In this document: one piece after another, positions 27,820 to 40,099 of the stretch
How positions within the stretch are numbered: position 1 is the first letter of the stretch
How the letters are laid out: each line of letters starts with the position of its first letter
Assembly: GCF_006345805.1 (NCBI RefSeq)
Contig: NC_043009.1
Span: 66,154,001 to 66,218,000 of the forward strand
Origin: Octopus sinensis
Lineage: Eukaryota
DNA: 64,000 nt
Reading direction: 5' to 3'
Made by a program: the position numbers and the translations under genes
Notes under the pieces: model-generated
Seen by the model: only the letters and a program-made list of their open reading frames with translations
The model's database searches: none
Told to the model about the DNA's origin: nothing

Positions 27820-28200
27820 ACTGGACATTGTTGTGGTGAATAAAAAAGAAAGAACATCTATGATAATTGACATATCATGTCCTGGTGACAACAGGATCAA
27901 TGTGAAAGAAGAAAGAAAAAATAAACAACTATGACGATTTGAAATAGGAAATACGAAGAGAATAGACGTGATACCAATAGTAATTGGTGCACTTGGAAAT
28001 ATCAGCACTCAACAACCAGCACGGTTGGAAAAGAACAGTGTGACTATAGAACACCTACAAAAACCAGTATTGCTTGAAACTGCAAGAATTCTTCGAAGGG
28101 TTCTTGAAGCATGACCAGTAAACAAGCGACACCTTAGTCTGCTGGTTATGGACAGCTGACACTTTCAATCATGCCCAGTAAAATAAGCTGTGAGTTTTCA
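27820..28200 (+). mobile_element. R4/Dong-type non-LTR retrotransposon 3' end (copy 1)
   Basis: KLDIVVVNKKERTSMIIDISCPGD...IDVIPIVIGALG...HLQKPVLLETARILRRVLEA* is a decayed restriction-enzyme-like (PD..D) endonuclease C-terminus. It is followed by (TAA)n at 28201-28400. Confidence 0.8.
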
Positions 28201-28216
28201 TATAATAATAATGATG

Positions 28217-28271
<55 letters not shown>

Positions 28272-28339
28272 TAGTAATAATAATAATGATAGTAATAATA
28301 ATGATGATGGTGATGATGATGATGATAATAATAATAATG

Positions 28340-28398
<59 letters not shown>

Positions 28399-28402
<4 letters not shown>

Positions 28403-29135
28403 GAGACTATTGATCATGTTGTCTCCATGTGCAGTTTTCTTGCGCCTACAGAGTATCTCAACAGGCATAATAGAGCTGCACAATATATTCACTAGGTAAT
28501 TTGCAAAAACCTGGACTTGCCTCTTGATAAAAACTGGTGGGAACACAAACCACCCCAGTGCTTGAAAATGATCACATCTCACTCATCTGGAACTTCACCA
28601 TTCAAACTGAGAGAAAGGTACATGCAAATAGGCCAGATATCATATTGAAAGACTTCAAACAAAGAACATGCCTCCTCATTGATATGACTGTCCCAATCGA
28701 TATAAACTTATCTGTCAAGACCTACCAAAAACTGAGCAAATATAAAGATCTTGAAATAGAAATTAGCAAAATGTGGAACCTGAAGACTAAAACAATACCT
28801 GTTGTCATAGGTGCCCTAGCAATGATAGCAAAGGGGCTGATTGCTACCTAGCTTAGATACCAGGAAACTCCAAAATGGCAGAAATTCAAGATAGTGCTCA
28901 TGGGAGCTGCTCATATCCTACATAAAATACTGGCTATGTAATCTCAAATTTTAAAACAAACACATAATTTTCTTATGGTTTCTTAAATATTCTCTAGAAC
29001 AACACTATGTACAAAACCAAATATATGGCACCCTAGGCATAACACAAACATGAACTTCAGTCTTGTTGTCTCTTGAAGTCTCTGGGTGAGACTTGGAGTC
29101 AACTTGAACAAATGCAAAGCAAAAGTCAAACATAA
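28399..29135 (+). mobile_element. R4/Dong-type non-LTR retrotransposon 3' end (copy 2)
   Basis: ETIDHVVSMC (second half of the CCHC knuckle)...YLNRHNRAAQYIH...ANRPDIILKDFKQRTCLLIDMTVPID...KLSKYKDLEIEISKMWNLKTKTIPVVIGAL, then a 3' UTR and a trinucleotide tail. Confidence 0.9.
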
Positions 29136-29268
29136 AATAATAATGGTGAGGATGATGATGAGGATGAGGATGATAGTAGTGTGTAGTAGTAGCAGCCGCA
29201 GCACAGTGTAGTAGTATGTAGTAGTAGTAGCAAGCAGCAGTAGTAGTAGTAGTAGTATAGTAGTAGCA

Positions 29269-29300
<32 letters not shown>

Positions 29301-29365
29301 AAGTAGTAGTAATAGTAATAATACTAATAATAATGATAACAATAATAATAATAATAATAATAATA

Positions 29366-29520
29366 AATCAGAACGGGGCTACAATATGGGTGGAGTACTT
29401 GCAGAAAACAGCACTGCTTGGAACTGTTCGAATACTCCGGAAGGTGCTCGAAAAATAAGAGGTGTTACCTTAGTTCACCGTAGTACATCTCCAGCGTTAG
29501 AAGGTGTGCTAAAGCAACGA
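29366..29520 (+). mobile_element. R4/Dong-type extreme 3' end (copy 3)
   Basis: WVEYLQKTALLGTVRILRKVLEK* followed by a short UTR, flanked by TAA repeats. Confidence 0.7.
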
Positions 29521-29529
29521 TAATAATAA

Positions 29530-29840
29530 ATCAGAACTACAAAGAATTCTTCCAGGAGAACTGCCCACATTCTAAGAAGAACACTGTCAACCTGACAGCA
29601 TTTGTTTTTTCTTTGAAATCTTCCGAAAGCAAAATATTACAAATTTAACTGAAATTTTATTTCTCAGAGTCTGGTCTCTTTTCTCAACAATACATCATCC
29701 CTATTTGTAAATAACAACTATAGCAAAAAAAAAAGAAAAGAAAAAAAAGAAAAAAACGTCCAATGTGTCGTTGTTTGAGGTCTCTGGGTGAGACTTGGAA
29801 CAGCTCGAATAAAATAAAGCAACAACGAAATGATTGATAA
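29530..29840 (+). mobile_element. R4/Dong-type extreme 3' end (copy 4)
   Basis: ELQRI..(frameshift)TAHILRRTLST*. The UTR motif GTCTCTGGGTGAGACTTGGA is shared with the copy 2 UTR (about 29078-29097). Confidence 0.6.
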
Positions 29841-29894
29841 TATATATAATATAATAATATAAAAATAACAATAGTAGTAGTAATAATAAATAAT

Positions 29895-30145
29895 AATAAG
29901 AAGAAGAAGAAAGAAGTAGAAGCATGAAGAAAAGAAGATAATAAGAAGAAGAAGAAGAGAAGAAGAAGAAGAATGAAGAAGAGAGAGAAAGAAGAAGAGA
30001 AAAGAAGAAGAAGAAGAAGAGAATGAAGAAGAAGAAGAAGAAGAAGAAGAAGAAGAGAAGAAGAAGAGAGAAGAAGAAGAAGAAGAAGAGAAGAAGAAGA
30101 AGAAGAAGAAGAAGAATAAAGATAAGAGGAGGAGAGAGTAGAAGA
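29895..30145. repeat. (AAG)n polypurine tract
   Basis: About 250 bp of nearly pure GAA/GAGA repeats on the plus strand. Confidence 0.95.
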
Positions 30146-30416
30146 AATATAGAGCGATATGAAATAACTAGAATCTAGAATAGAATCTGAAATTCAAAAG
30201 AGTTGCTTCGTTATTTTTAGAGGGTATTTCGGTTTGTATTATATTTAGTTTTAGGCCTGTCAGCCACATTGTAATGGTTCGGAGTTTTTATCTCGGCGCG
30301 CGAGACATACACAAAGACATACACACACCACACACACGCACACACCACCACACACACACACAAAAGCACATGCACATATACGCATGTATGAGTGTGTACA
30401 TGCATATATTTGTAAC

Positions 30417-30447
<31 letters not shown>

Positions 30448-32041
30448 GAATACATATATAAATAATATATATATATATATACACATGCATACATACACGC
30501 ACTCATATAGACACATACACACACACACGCAAACACACAAATACACTCACAAACAAACACAATCTCTCTCTCTCTCACACACACACAAACACACACACGC
30601 ACACATATATATCGCTCCGTTTCAGAAGTGAATGTCACTCCTCTCTTCATATTTTCTTAACGTATTTTCTCTTCCTTCACCAGTCTCTCCCCTCTCTCTC
30701 TCCCCTCCTTTTCTCTTTCATCCCTCTCTTTCTACTCTTCCCTTTCTATTACCTTTCTTGTCTTTCTTTTTCTTCTGTCGACGAATCTAATTCTCTTTCT
30801 GCCTTGATTTATAAAATTGCATTTTTCCTCATTTCAATTGCTTTTTATATTTCTCTATCCTAGTTTGGCAATTTATATGTATATATTTATCATTCACTCA
30901 ATCAAACAATCATTCAATCAATCAAAATCTACCTACCTATATATATATATATATTATATATATATACATACATACATATATAGTATTAATAAAATAGATG
31001 GTATATGTGTGTTTATATATATATATATAGGTAGATATTTTGATTGATTGAATGATTGTTTTATATATATATATATATATATTTATATATTATATATATA
31101 TATTTAGATAAAATATCTATAATATATATATAATATATATATATATATTTATATATACTAATATATATCTATATATATATATATATATATGTATATTGTG
31201 TGTGTGTGGGGGTGTGTGTGTGTGTGTGTTCCAATGAATACGTAAAATTGTACAGTTCAACTCCAAGTACGAAGATCTAACTTCAGAACGAGATCGAAAT
31301 TGTGGTGCACTCTTGAAATTCATTGCAATCTGATGATAACAATGCTGGGTGAAAATGCATAAAAAAAAAGCATAAAAAGCGTCCAATGGCTGGTGTAGAA
31401 GAATATGAAATCATGGGGCTATTTCGCCTGAGTGAATTAGATGAACAACAATAATGGAGAGTGTGTCTGTAGCGGTGTGACGACTTAATAATCTCCATGA
31501 GCTGAAGTGGGAGAGCAGCTGACACAATAAGAATATAAATCACAGTTTTCTTTTTAAAGTTTAATCGGAATATAACAATAGAGTCCAGTCGTGTGTCGAT
31601 GATCTTCTTACAGATACTGATGAACATTAGGTTCATCAGTATCTGTAAGAAGATCATGAAAGTAAAAACACGGGGTATGACACACATTAGACCTTGCAGT
31701 TCTAGAGACAGAAAAGGCAGTGTAGTCATGGTTGGATTGTCTTTGATTATACGTTTCCTCGGACAGAGTTGGCCTGAAGCTAATTATAATAAGTTCCTAC
31801 AATAATAAGTTCTCAAGTTCCTACAAACCCTATATTTAACCTGTATACACAATAGGCTTTCAATCAAAGGTTAAATCTTATTAAACAAATATTAACTGCA
31901 ACAAACACGCGTATGATATGAATCTCCTCTGTTGAAATAACTTTATGTAAAAATGAAGATAAATACAACCAGGTACTTTACAGTTGCCACTTCAAAGATT
32001 CAATAGCGTTTAAACTCAGCTTGGTCTCCATCAAAGACATC

Positions 32042-32400
32042 AGATGGAAAAATGTCATCTGGTTCAATCCAGCGTTGAGCAATAATGCCAAAACCTTCTT
32101 AATAAAACGATTCTTGTATTTAATCAACAAACACTTAAATAAAACCAAGAAACTCGGTAAATTATTCTTCAACAGGAGAAAGATATAAACCAGTTAGACT
32201 CCAAAATCCTGTCGCAGAAAAATTCGTTCGTTCCATAACAATGGAATCATTCAATGCCAAAGAAGAGATAATTGCAACTCATTTCCTGGCGCATTCAGTC
32301 ACATCTAGACGGTATGTGCATGGCTAATTCTATTATGAATCAGGCCAGCTGTACAGTGTTTTAAATCGGCCAAACAGAAAATTAAGAGCGACATAGGATT
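32042..32400 (+). mobile_element. Penelope-like element ORF remnant (RT to GIY-YIG linker)
   Basis: RWKNVIWFNPALSNNAKTFLIKRFLYLINKHLNKTKKLGKLFFNRRKI* matches the recalled PLE linker RNIIWFNPP.S.NV.T.IG..FL.LI.KHF....L.KIFNRN. It is decayed downstream. Confidence 0.75.
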
Positions 32401-32659
32401 TGTTTTAAACACTGCCAAAAAGAAAATACTGCATCGTCTCGGAGCACATATGACAAAAATGATATGCCTGAGTTTAAGCGAAGGAATGAGAGAAAATAAA
32501 CAGAGAGAATAAAAAAAAAAACACGTGTGGATTTAGCGTTCAAGCATGGCGACTATGTATGTATGTATGTATGTATGATGTATGTATGTATGTATGTATG
32601 TATGTATGTATGTATGTGTATGCATGTATATATATATATATATAGTGAAAATTCGCAAT

Positions 32660-32800
32660 AAACCAAAAGATGAAGACAGGTGGTGTGGACAACAAACAGA
32701 TATATTGTTTTAACGCTCGGGAAGTGAAAAAGTCTTTAACGTTTCGAGCCTACGCTCTTCCACAGAAAGGAACACAGAAAGAAACAGTGAGAGAAAAGAA
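32660..32800 (-). mobile_element. Short repeat carrying a hammerhead-like motif (PLE pLTR-like); copies also at about 1810-1920 and 55470-55600
   Basis: Shared sequence AACAACAAACAG...TTAACGCTCGGGAAG...AGTCTTTAACGTTTCGAGCCTACGCTCTTCCACAGAAAG. The rc of 32734-32769 folds as CUUU-CUGUGGA-A-GAGC-GUAG-GCUC-GAAA-CG-UU-AAAG. Confidence 0.6.
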
Positions 32801-32927
32801 TGTGTAGTGGCTAGCGATCTATCATGGCGAATATATATATGTATATTACTACCAGAGCTCGCGTTAATGTATGTAGTGCACTTGGCACTTTATATACAAA
32901 AATGCACTGTCTAACCTGGGTATGCAG

Positions 32928-32971
<44 letters not shown>

Positions 32972-33283
32972 ATGTATATATATTTATACAGTATATATAT
33001 TGTATATATACTGATTATATGTGTGTGTGAGTGAGTGTGCATTGCTTATCTTCTTTTTCCCATTTTATTCATTTCCCGTATTTCCTGTTGTTTTTGTTGT
33101 TGTTGTTGTTATTGTTGCTGTTGTTGTTTTTGAGGTTGTATGTTTGAGTGGTTCATCATTCAGCGACCGCATTCCTCGTCGACTGATTGATTCTCTAATA
33201 TGTTATTCTAGACAATCGAACACCCGCAACAAATTTCTCCACGACCACCATCAAAACCACCACACAACCACCACACCACCACC

Positions 33284-33315
<32 letters not shown>

Positions 33316-33784
33316 CAACAAAAACAACACAACAACAACAAAAACAACAACAACAGCAATAAGAAGGAAAATGAATAAAGAAATTAAATAAACAAAAATA
33401 AAACGAAAACAAAACACATCTACCGTAACAGTAGCAACATTGAAAAAGCTAACAGTTAACAAGACAAACAAAAACAACCAACAAAATCAACATTAGACGA
33501 AAGACCCCGACCATTATTCTCATCCTCATCATTATCATCATCATCATCATCATCATCATCTACGGCAGCAGCAACAGCAGCAGTAGCAAAGCAGCAGCAA
33601 AGAACAATAACAACAATAACTATAACAAAATCAACGATTAGCAGAAAATATGGAGGTAAGAAGCTTGCTTCTCATCCACATGGTTCCTTGTTCAGTCAAC
33701 CAAATGGGACCTTAGGCAAGTCTCTCTTTCTCTCTCTGTACACACACACACACATACACACATACACACACAGACACATATATA

Positions 33785-33915
33785 TAAGGGCATCCAGCTG
33801 TAGAAACATTTGCCAGATCAGACTGAGCCTGTTGCAGCCTCTGGCTCACCAGTCCTCAGTCAAACCGTCCAACCCATGCCAGCATGGAAAGCTGACATTA
33901 AACAACAATGATGAT
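33785..33915 (+). mobile_element. Retroposon 3' tail ending in (GAT)n (RTE-like, tentative)
   Basis: AAGGGCATCCAGCTGTAGAAAC...AAACCGTCCAACCCATGCCAGCATGGAAAG...GATGATG follows a SINE B head fragment at 33650-33720. Family assignment is from recall only. Confidence 0.4.
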
Positions 33916-34462
33916 GAATATATATGTATATAGTCACAATAAAGATATTCAGACCTCTTATAGGGATATTTTTTATCCAAGATAGACTGGTCTAATATAT
34001 TGCATTTTGAAGAAATATGTTTTCAGTGAATATAAAATATCAAATATTATTAAGCCTGATATAGGAGACATACAATGGATACAAATTAACATATCAATTA
34101 ATTAACATCACCACCTGCAATTGTTTCATTTCTCAAACAAAATTAAAACAACAAAACACATATAAATATATAATCCTGCATTTTAAAACAGCTTGGGTCG
34201 AAAATCATCAGGGTGTAAAAAAGGAAAATACAAAGATTACATTATGATCCGTTGGAATACTTCAATATACTCAGAACATATAATCATGTTCATCATATGT
34301 ATGTGTATTTTAAAATGCACGATTATGTATTTATATATGTTTTGTAGCTTTAATTTTGGTTGAGAAATGAAACAATTGTAGGAGATTATGTTAATTAATA
34401 AATTAGTTTGCATCCATTTATCTTTCCGTTTTCAAACAATAAATAATATTTGATATTTTATG

Positions 34463-34494
<32 letters not shown>

Positions 34495-34643
34495 TACGGC
34501 GATGTACTTGCATAGCAAGTGATTTGATCTGAGATCCTGTGCTGAAACGAAAACAACGTTTTCTGTTGAACGGCTTCTGTGTGTTTCTGAAATGGCTTAA
34601 AAACACCTTCCACGCTGCAATTGTTTATATATATATACATACA

Positions 34644-34679
<36 letters not shown>

Positions 34680-35368
34680 TATTTATATGTATATACATAT
34701 ATATATGTACATACATATATGTGTATATATATATATTATATATATATATATACATGCATACACACATATACGTATGTGTGTGTGTGTGTGAATGTCTTTG
34801 TTCTTGATTTTGTGGCTCCACCGCTGATTGACGATTGGTGTTGATGAGTTTTATGTCCCTCTAACCTAGCAGTTCGGCAAAAGAACCGACATAGTAAGTA
34901 CAAGACTTAGAAAAATATGTACTGGTGTCGACATTCGACTGAAAATTCTTCAAGATAATGCCCCAGCATGGCCGCAGCCAGATGACTGAAAGAAGCAGAA
35001 GTTAATGAATTAAAAAATAAATAAATAAACTGCAGAATCAGCTGCGTTCGTAATAAACACAGGTGACCAGTCATACTCAAAGTGGTTGCCCGGTCCGCTA
35101 AAAATAGCAGCTAGGTTTCTTTCAAATAGATATCTATTGTCTTAAACACGGAAATGACACACTGAATAATTAGTGATATGATGCTAGCTGTACAAAGTCT
35201 GTAAATACGAGGAGATGGTCCGATTGGGAGCACCCCGGATAATAGGTCTCATTACTCGTGACTGACACGGGTTATACTATTACATAAAAATAAACAGAAT
35301 AACGAACCCTAAACTTTGTGCTATAAAGGACTTCTTTAATTTAGATGGATTTGGGAACTGACCCCAGG

Positions 35369-35550
35369 CAGTAGCGTAGCTAAGGTGGAGAACGATGGAG
35401 GAAGAAAGGGGCCAACAGTGGCGATCCGATTCTGGTGGGGCTTTGATGGAGGCGGCACTTTTGGGTCCTCTGTAACAACCTGTATACAGGGGTGGAGGCA
35501 GCAGAGTCAAGAGCTGCCCCAGGGTGGCACTCATTCTAGCTAGGCCACTG
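35369..35550. mobile_element. hAT-like MITE (182 bp)
   Basis: Imperfect terminal inverted repeats CAGTAGCGTAGCTAAG ... CTAGCTAGGCCACTG around a GC-rich interior. No 8-bp TSD is retained. Confidence 0.55.
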
Positions 35551-36833
35551 ACATAACAGGGTTTTGAAAGTTCTGCTTCTCTGTTGGAAAAATTTCAAAC
35601 TCAACTCACGGACTTCGGTAGTATCTTAGCGGACCCCAGGGTGGGAATCGCAGAGACTGAATGAGAGCTGAAGTCTAAGAAATCAAGCATAAATGGACCA
35701 AAAGGAGAGTAAAAAACCAACAGCATCGGTAGTTGTAGTAGCAGCAACAGTAGCAGCAGCAGCAGCAGCAGCAGCCAAGTGTATCACTAAGAGCAGTAAT
35801 AAATGGAAAAAAGAATTGTTCAACAGAAAAAGAGAGCAGCAACAAGAAGAATAACAAGAACACACAAAATACAAACACTTCAACAAAACTCTAACTATAA
35901 TTAACAACAACAACAACAGCAACAATAACAGCCACAAGAACAGCAATAACAACTATAAGGCAAACATGAAAAAAAGTAAAATGGCAGCGAAAATGATTTA
36001 CAAGGTGTTGTTTTGTTGCTTTTGTTATTTCCATTTTGTCGGTTCTTTTCTTTTCCTTTCAATATCTTGTCTTATAAAAACTAACAAATTTTGTCCGACA
36101 TACTTTCGCAGAAACCAGCAAGAAACGGATGGCGCCATCTATCTACCTTTCAGAGATTGGGGAAGATTATGTGAGATTACTGGGAACCATGGTAGCATTG
36201 ATCTGCTCCGATTTGTTTTCAGTCTTCGATAAAGCAAACGAGAAATTCTAGCTAGAATTGTTGTTAATGGCGGAGTTTATTTTTAGGTCTGCCCACGTCG
36301 AGCAGATCTTTGGTGAAAGCCGTTCTAGCGATGCCCAGCCGAGCTTTCGTTCATACAGATTATATTGAAGAACATTTTTCAGTCCGGCTCATTTTTAAGA
36401 CGCTAAGATATGATGTGAGGGTTATTTGACTGCTATTTCCCGAAGGTTGAGTATCGTTCTTTGTAGGCTTAGATTCTTCATTAGTTCTTTGAGATGCTAT
36501 TGTTGGCATTGTTGTTCACTTTATCGTTGTTCTTTAGTAACAAGATACTCTTCACCGTGTAGATTCACCAGACAACATATTCCAGCGGTGACCATCAATT
36601 ATCAATTGTCTTTTTATAAAACGGTAGTATATGATTTAAGGCATAGTTAGCTGCTATTTTTAGCAGATAAAGTGACTTTATAGAAGCTTTCTCACTGCCC
36701 TGCTGAGTCCGTCATAAATAGTAGAAGTAAAAAGAGGCGGAGATAAGACAAAAGACTGTGTGCAGTGGTTAGTTTGTGAAAATGTTGAGATGAACGTCTT
36801 GGGGCGGTGAACATACATGTTTACGTTCACTAT

Positions 36834-37219
36834 GGTGGAAGCACTCCGTCGGTTACGACGATGAGGGTTCCGGTTGATCCGATTAACAGAACAGCCTGCT
36901 CGTGAAATTAACGTGTAAGTGGCTGAGTACTCCACAGACACGTGTACCCTTAACGTAGTTCTCGGGGATATTCAGCGTGACACAGAGAGTGACAAGGCCG
37001 GCCCTTTGAAATACAGGTACAGCAGAAACAGGAAGTAAGAGTGAGAGAAAGTTGTGGTGAAAGAGTACAGCAGGGTTCACCACCATCCCCTGCCGGAGCC
37101 TCGTGGAGCTTTAGGTGTTTTCGCTCAATAAACACTCACAACGCCCGGTCTGGGAATCGAAACCGTGATCCTACGACCGCGAGTCCGCTGCCCTAACCAC
37201 CGGGCCATTGCTCCTCCAC
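36834..37219 (-). mobile_element. tRNA-derived SINE family C, full length, 11-bp TSD
   Basis: Roughly 90% similar by eye to 19634-20020. TSD ACGTTCACTAT at 36823-36833 and 37220-37230. Confidence 0.95.
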
Positions 37220-37836
37220 ACGTTCACTATACCATTATATACAACTAGTAAACGAAAGCCCGTATCAAATCCACTATTTGCGAATGATTAGTATCATGAT
37301 ACAAAGATAACAAAGAGTGTGGTTGAACGATATCAAGAAATCGACAGCGAAAGAAGACGATTTAAAACAGAATTTGTGAAAGGCCACGAAAATGGCGGAT
37401 TAGGTCGGATTTTTTGCTTGGGACATACAACTTCATAAAGCTACGGCTTTTCGTTACTTGAAACACCCCAGTCCCCTGCTAAAGTACAAGCTCAACTCGG
37501 TCGTCCATGTAGCAGAGAAGATCTGGTGTCCTACGCTACGGTTCTTGTTCTTCGTCAGTTTTACGGAATACATCGTATATCTCATTCCAAGCCAATTTCA
37601 GAGTTCCTATTTTCGGCAGTTCACACATACTCGCCACCAATTCGTTACGTCTATTTTCAGTGTTAAAATAGTGTTCTCTATAAATATTTGGTGGATCCTA
37701 GAATTGTCATATCCTCATTACGAAAGATTGTTCCCTGTCTCCACCACGTTTTCATTTTTTTATATGTTGTTTTCTTTAATCTTTTCGCAGCGTTTCCCAA
37801 TCGATAATTTTCATCACAATTTATAGAACTTTAAGC

Positions 37837-37892
<56 letters not shown>

Positions 37893-37902
37893 GTAATAAT
37901 AA

Positions 37903-38160
37903 ATAGAAACAATTCCTATCATAGTAGGCGCATTAGGTATGATAAAAAATATTCAGATAAATACATAACAAAAACACCAGGATTTTCAAACATATATAAC
38001 ATACAGAAAATTGCCCTACTGGGCACTGCACACGTCCTACGCAAAACATTTTCAATACAGTAACCATCAGAGCATCACATCAAATCACAGCACATACCCA
38101 AGGCACACAGAGCTACGCTCGGTAGTGAAATGAAAGTACGCTATAAAAATAAAACAACTG
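37903..38160 (+). mobile_element. R4/Dong-type 3' end (copy 5)
   Basis: IETIPIIVGALGMIK..SDKYITKTPGFSNIYNIQKIALLGTAHVLRKTFSIQ*, between (TAA)n arrays. Confidence 0.8.
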
Positions 38161-38189
38161 AATAATAGTAATAATAATGATAATAACAA

Positions 38190-38243
<54 letters not shown>

Positions 38244-38244
<1 letters not shown>

Positions 38245-38495
38245 GGGTTTTTCTTCTTCTTTCAAATTTGCTTCCATTTCTTGCCGAGTGTCTTCTCGAC
38301 TCCTAGGGCAAAGAAACTCATATTATACATTGGTAGGCCATTAAACTAAACTCACTAGTTCGTTCATTTTTTTTTTATAGAAATAAAGTTAAATTAAAAT
38401 ACATGGGTAGTAATAGTTCTCACATCGACAATGCTCTTCTCAATACGTGTGATGTACCAGTTAAGACAATCTTTTGCACTTCTTGCAGGATGGTT
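38244..38495 (-). mobile_element. R4/Dong-type 3' end (copy 6)
   Basis: The minus strand reads PILQEVQKIVLTGTSHVLRRALSM*-type sequence (38420-38494) followed by a UTR, between (ATT)n arrays. Confidence 0.7.
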
Positions 38496-38601
38496 TATTA
38501 TTATTATTATTATTATATTATATTATTATTATTTTATTTATTATTATTATTATTATATTATTGTTGTGTTGTTGATGTTATTATTATTATTATTATTATC
38601 A

Positions 38602-38639
<38 letters not shown>

Positions 38640-38640
38640 A

Positions 38641-39200
38641 TAAATGTCCTGATACAGTACCAGGCTGTGGATCTCATGGCTCCTGATCTTAACTGATTAG
38701 AAGTGTTATCATGTACAGTGTTTTGTCTTGGTATCAAAGATGGGCTACAGCAAATATTCTGCTCAATACCACAGATTTGCGTGTCAGTCATTTGACCATG
38801 ACCAGTTGAGCATGTCCCTTAGTGGCTGACGATATGTGCATCTCTGATCACGAGCAGAAGTAATAGGGGAGCATCATAGCCATGTGTTGAAAGGAATTCT
38901 TGGACGTTTGGATAATTCACCTTTGGAAACATGGGTGGTTTGTTCAATATCCTTAAACAACCGTTATTCATGGACCTTTTGAGCGGGATGTGCTACTCGA
39001 CCAGAAGAACATTCTAACTGGGCCCCACCTGCACGGTCATGTGCTGTTTATCTTGATATGAGATCACCATGTCACGCACTTATGGTTGTGATACCTGTGC
39101 CTGGTGTACCCTTATCAGACGGGTAGTCATGACGGGTATATTGGGCTTCGTATATTTGTACCCAAGTGTCACTTCGATCGCATGCACTGCTTTCTCACTC
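38641..39200 (+). mobile_element. Unclassified ~560-bp element flanked by (ATT)n/(AAT)n
   Basis: Complex-sequence block embedded between trinucleotide arrays and ending CTTTCTCACTC(AAT)n. It looks like a retroposon 3' UTR. No ORF was recognised. Confidence 0.45.
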
Positions 39201-39293
<93 letters not shown>

Positions 39294-40016
39294 GATAATA
39301 ATAATTTTATTTGTTAAATGCAACTGTTACTCTTGCTGATTACGATGTTGTTCGCTTAGTAAACACAGACGTAGAATGTTGCAGCTACTGCTGTTGTTGT
39401 TGTTGCTCTTGTAGCTGCCAGACGTTGTGCATAATCATTAAAACGTATAATAATATTGACTGGTTCTAGGAATTCTGATGTAAATATTGGTTCAAGGAGA
39501 TAAATGTGGAAGTCAATGCAGTGTGAAATACATCCATACATGTATGCACATGTACATGCATATATGTGTATGTATATGTGTGTGTATGCATATACATATG
39601 GGTATGTGTGTGTATATATGCATGTACGTATGTATGTATCTATGTATCTACGTATCATCAAGCTAGCTAGCTTTTATCCGTCTCTCAATACATATATAAC
39701 CGTCCATCCATCAACCATCCATCCACCCATCCATCCATCAATCCAGCCAGCCAGACATCTACTCATTCTTCCACATATGCACGCATACATGTATGTATGT
39801 ATGTATGTATGTATGTATGTATTGATGTATATTTGAGTAGTTGAATGAATTATCTTGTTATGGATAATTCGGTTAACCGATACCTGGGTAGAAAATTCAC
39901 ATCAGAGAAGACACGGTTGAAGTTACGTGCTTTCGTGTGGAAATTTGTATTTTTTTTTTAAATATATAAATATATGAAAGAATGGAGTTGAACGACGAAT
40001 TAACAAAATTCCTTTA

Positions 40017-40099
40017 TTTTCGACATATGTTTCGAAGGCTGCATATTCCTAAATGCGAAGGAATAAGGAGTATATTATGCTGCTTTCTCATCAGGAAAA
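40017..40099 (-). ncRNA. Intact minimal type I hammerhead ribozyme motif
   Basis: rc = UUUUC CUGAUGA GAAAGCAGCAUA-(30-nt loop)-UAUGCAGCCUUC GAAA C-AUAU-G UC GAAAA. It has a perfect 5-bp stem I, all core nucleotides, stem II with 10 of 12 pairs, a palindromic stem III and a GUC site. Confidence 0.8.

Noticed and set aside
36240-36420. Possible RTE ORF2 remnant on the minus strand (ARLGIARTAFTK)
   Set aside because: Only about 10 residues resemble the motif and the flanks do not extend it.
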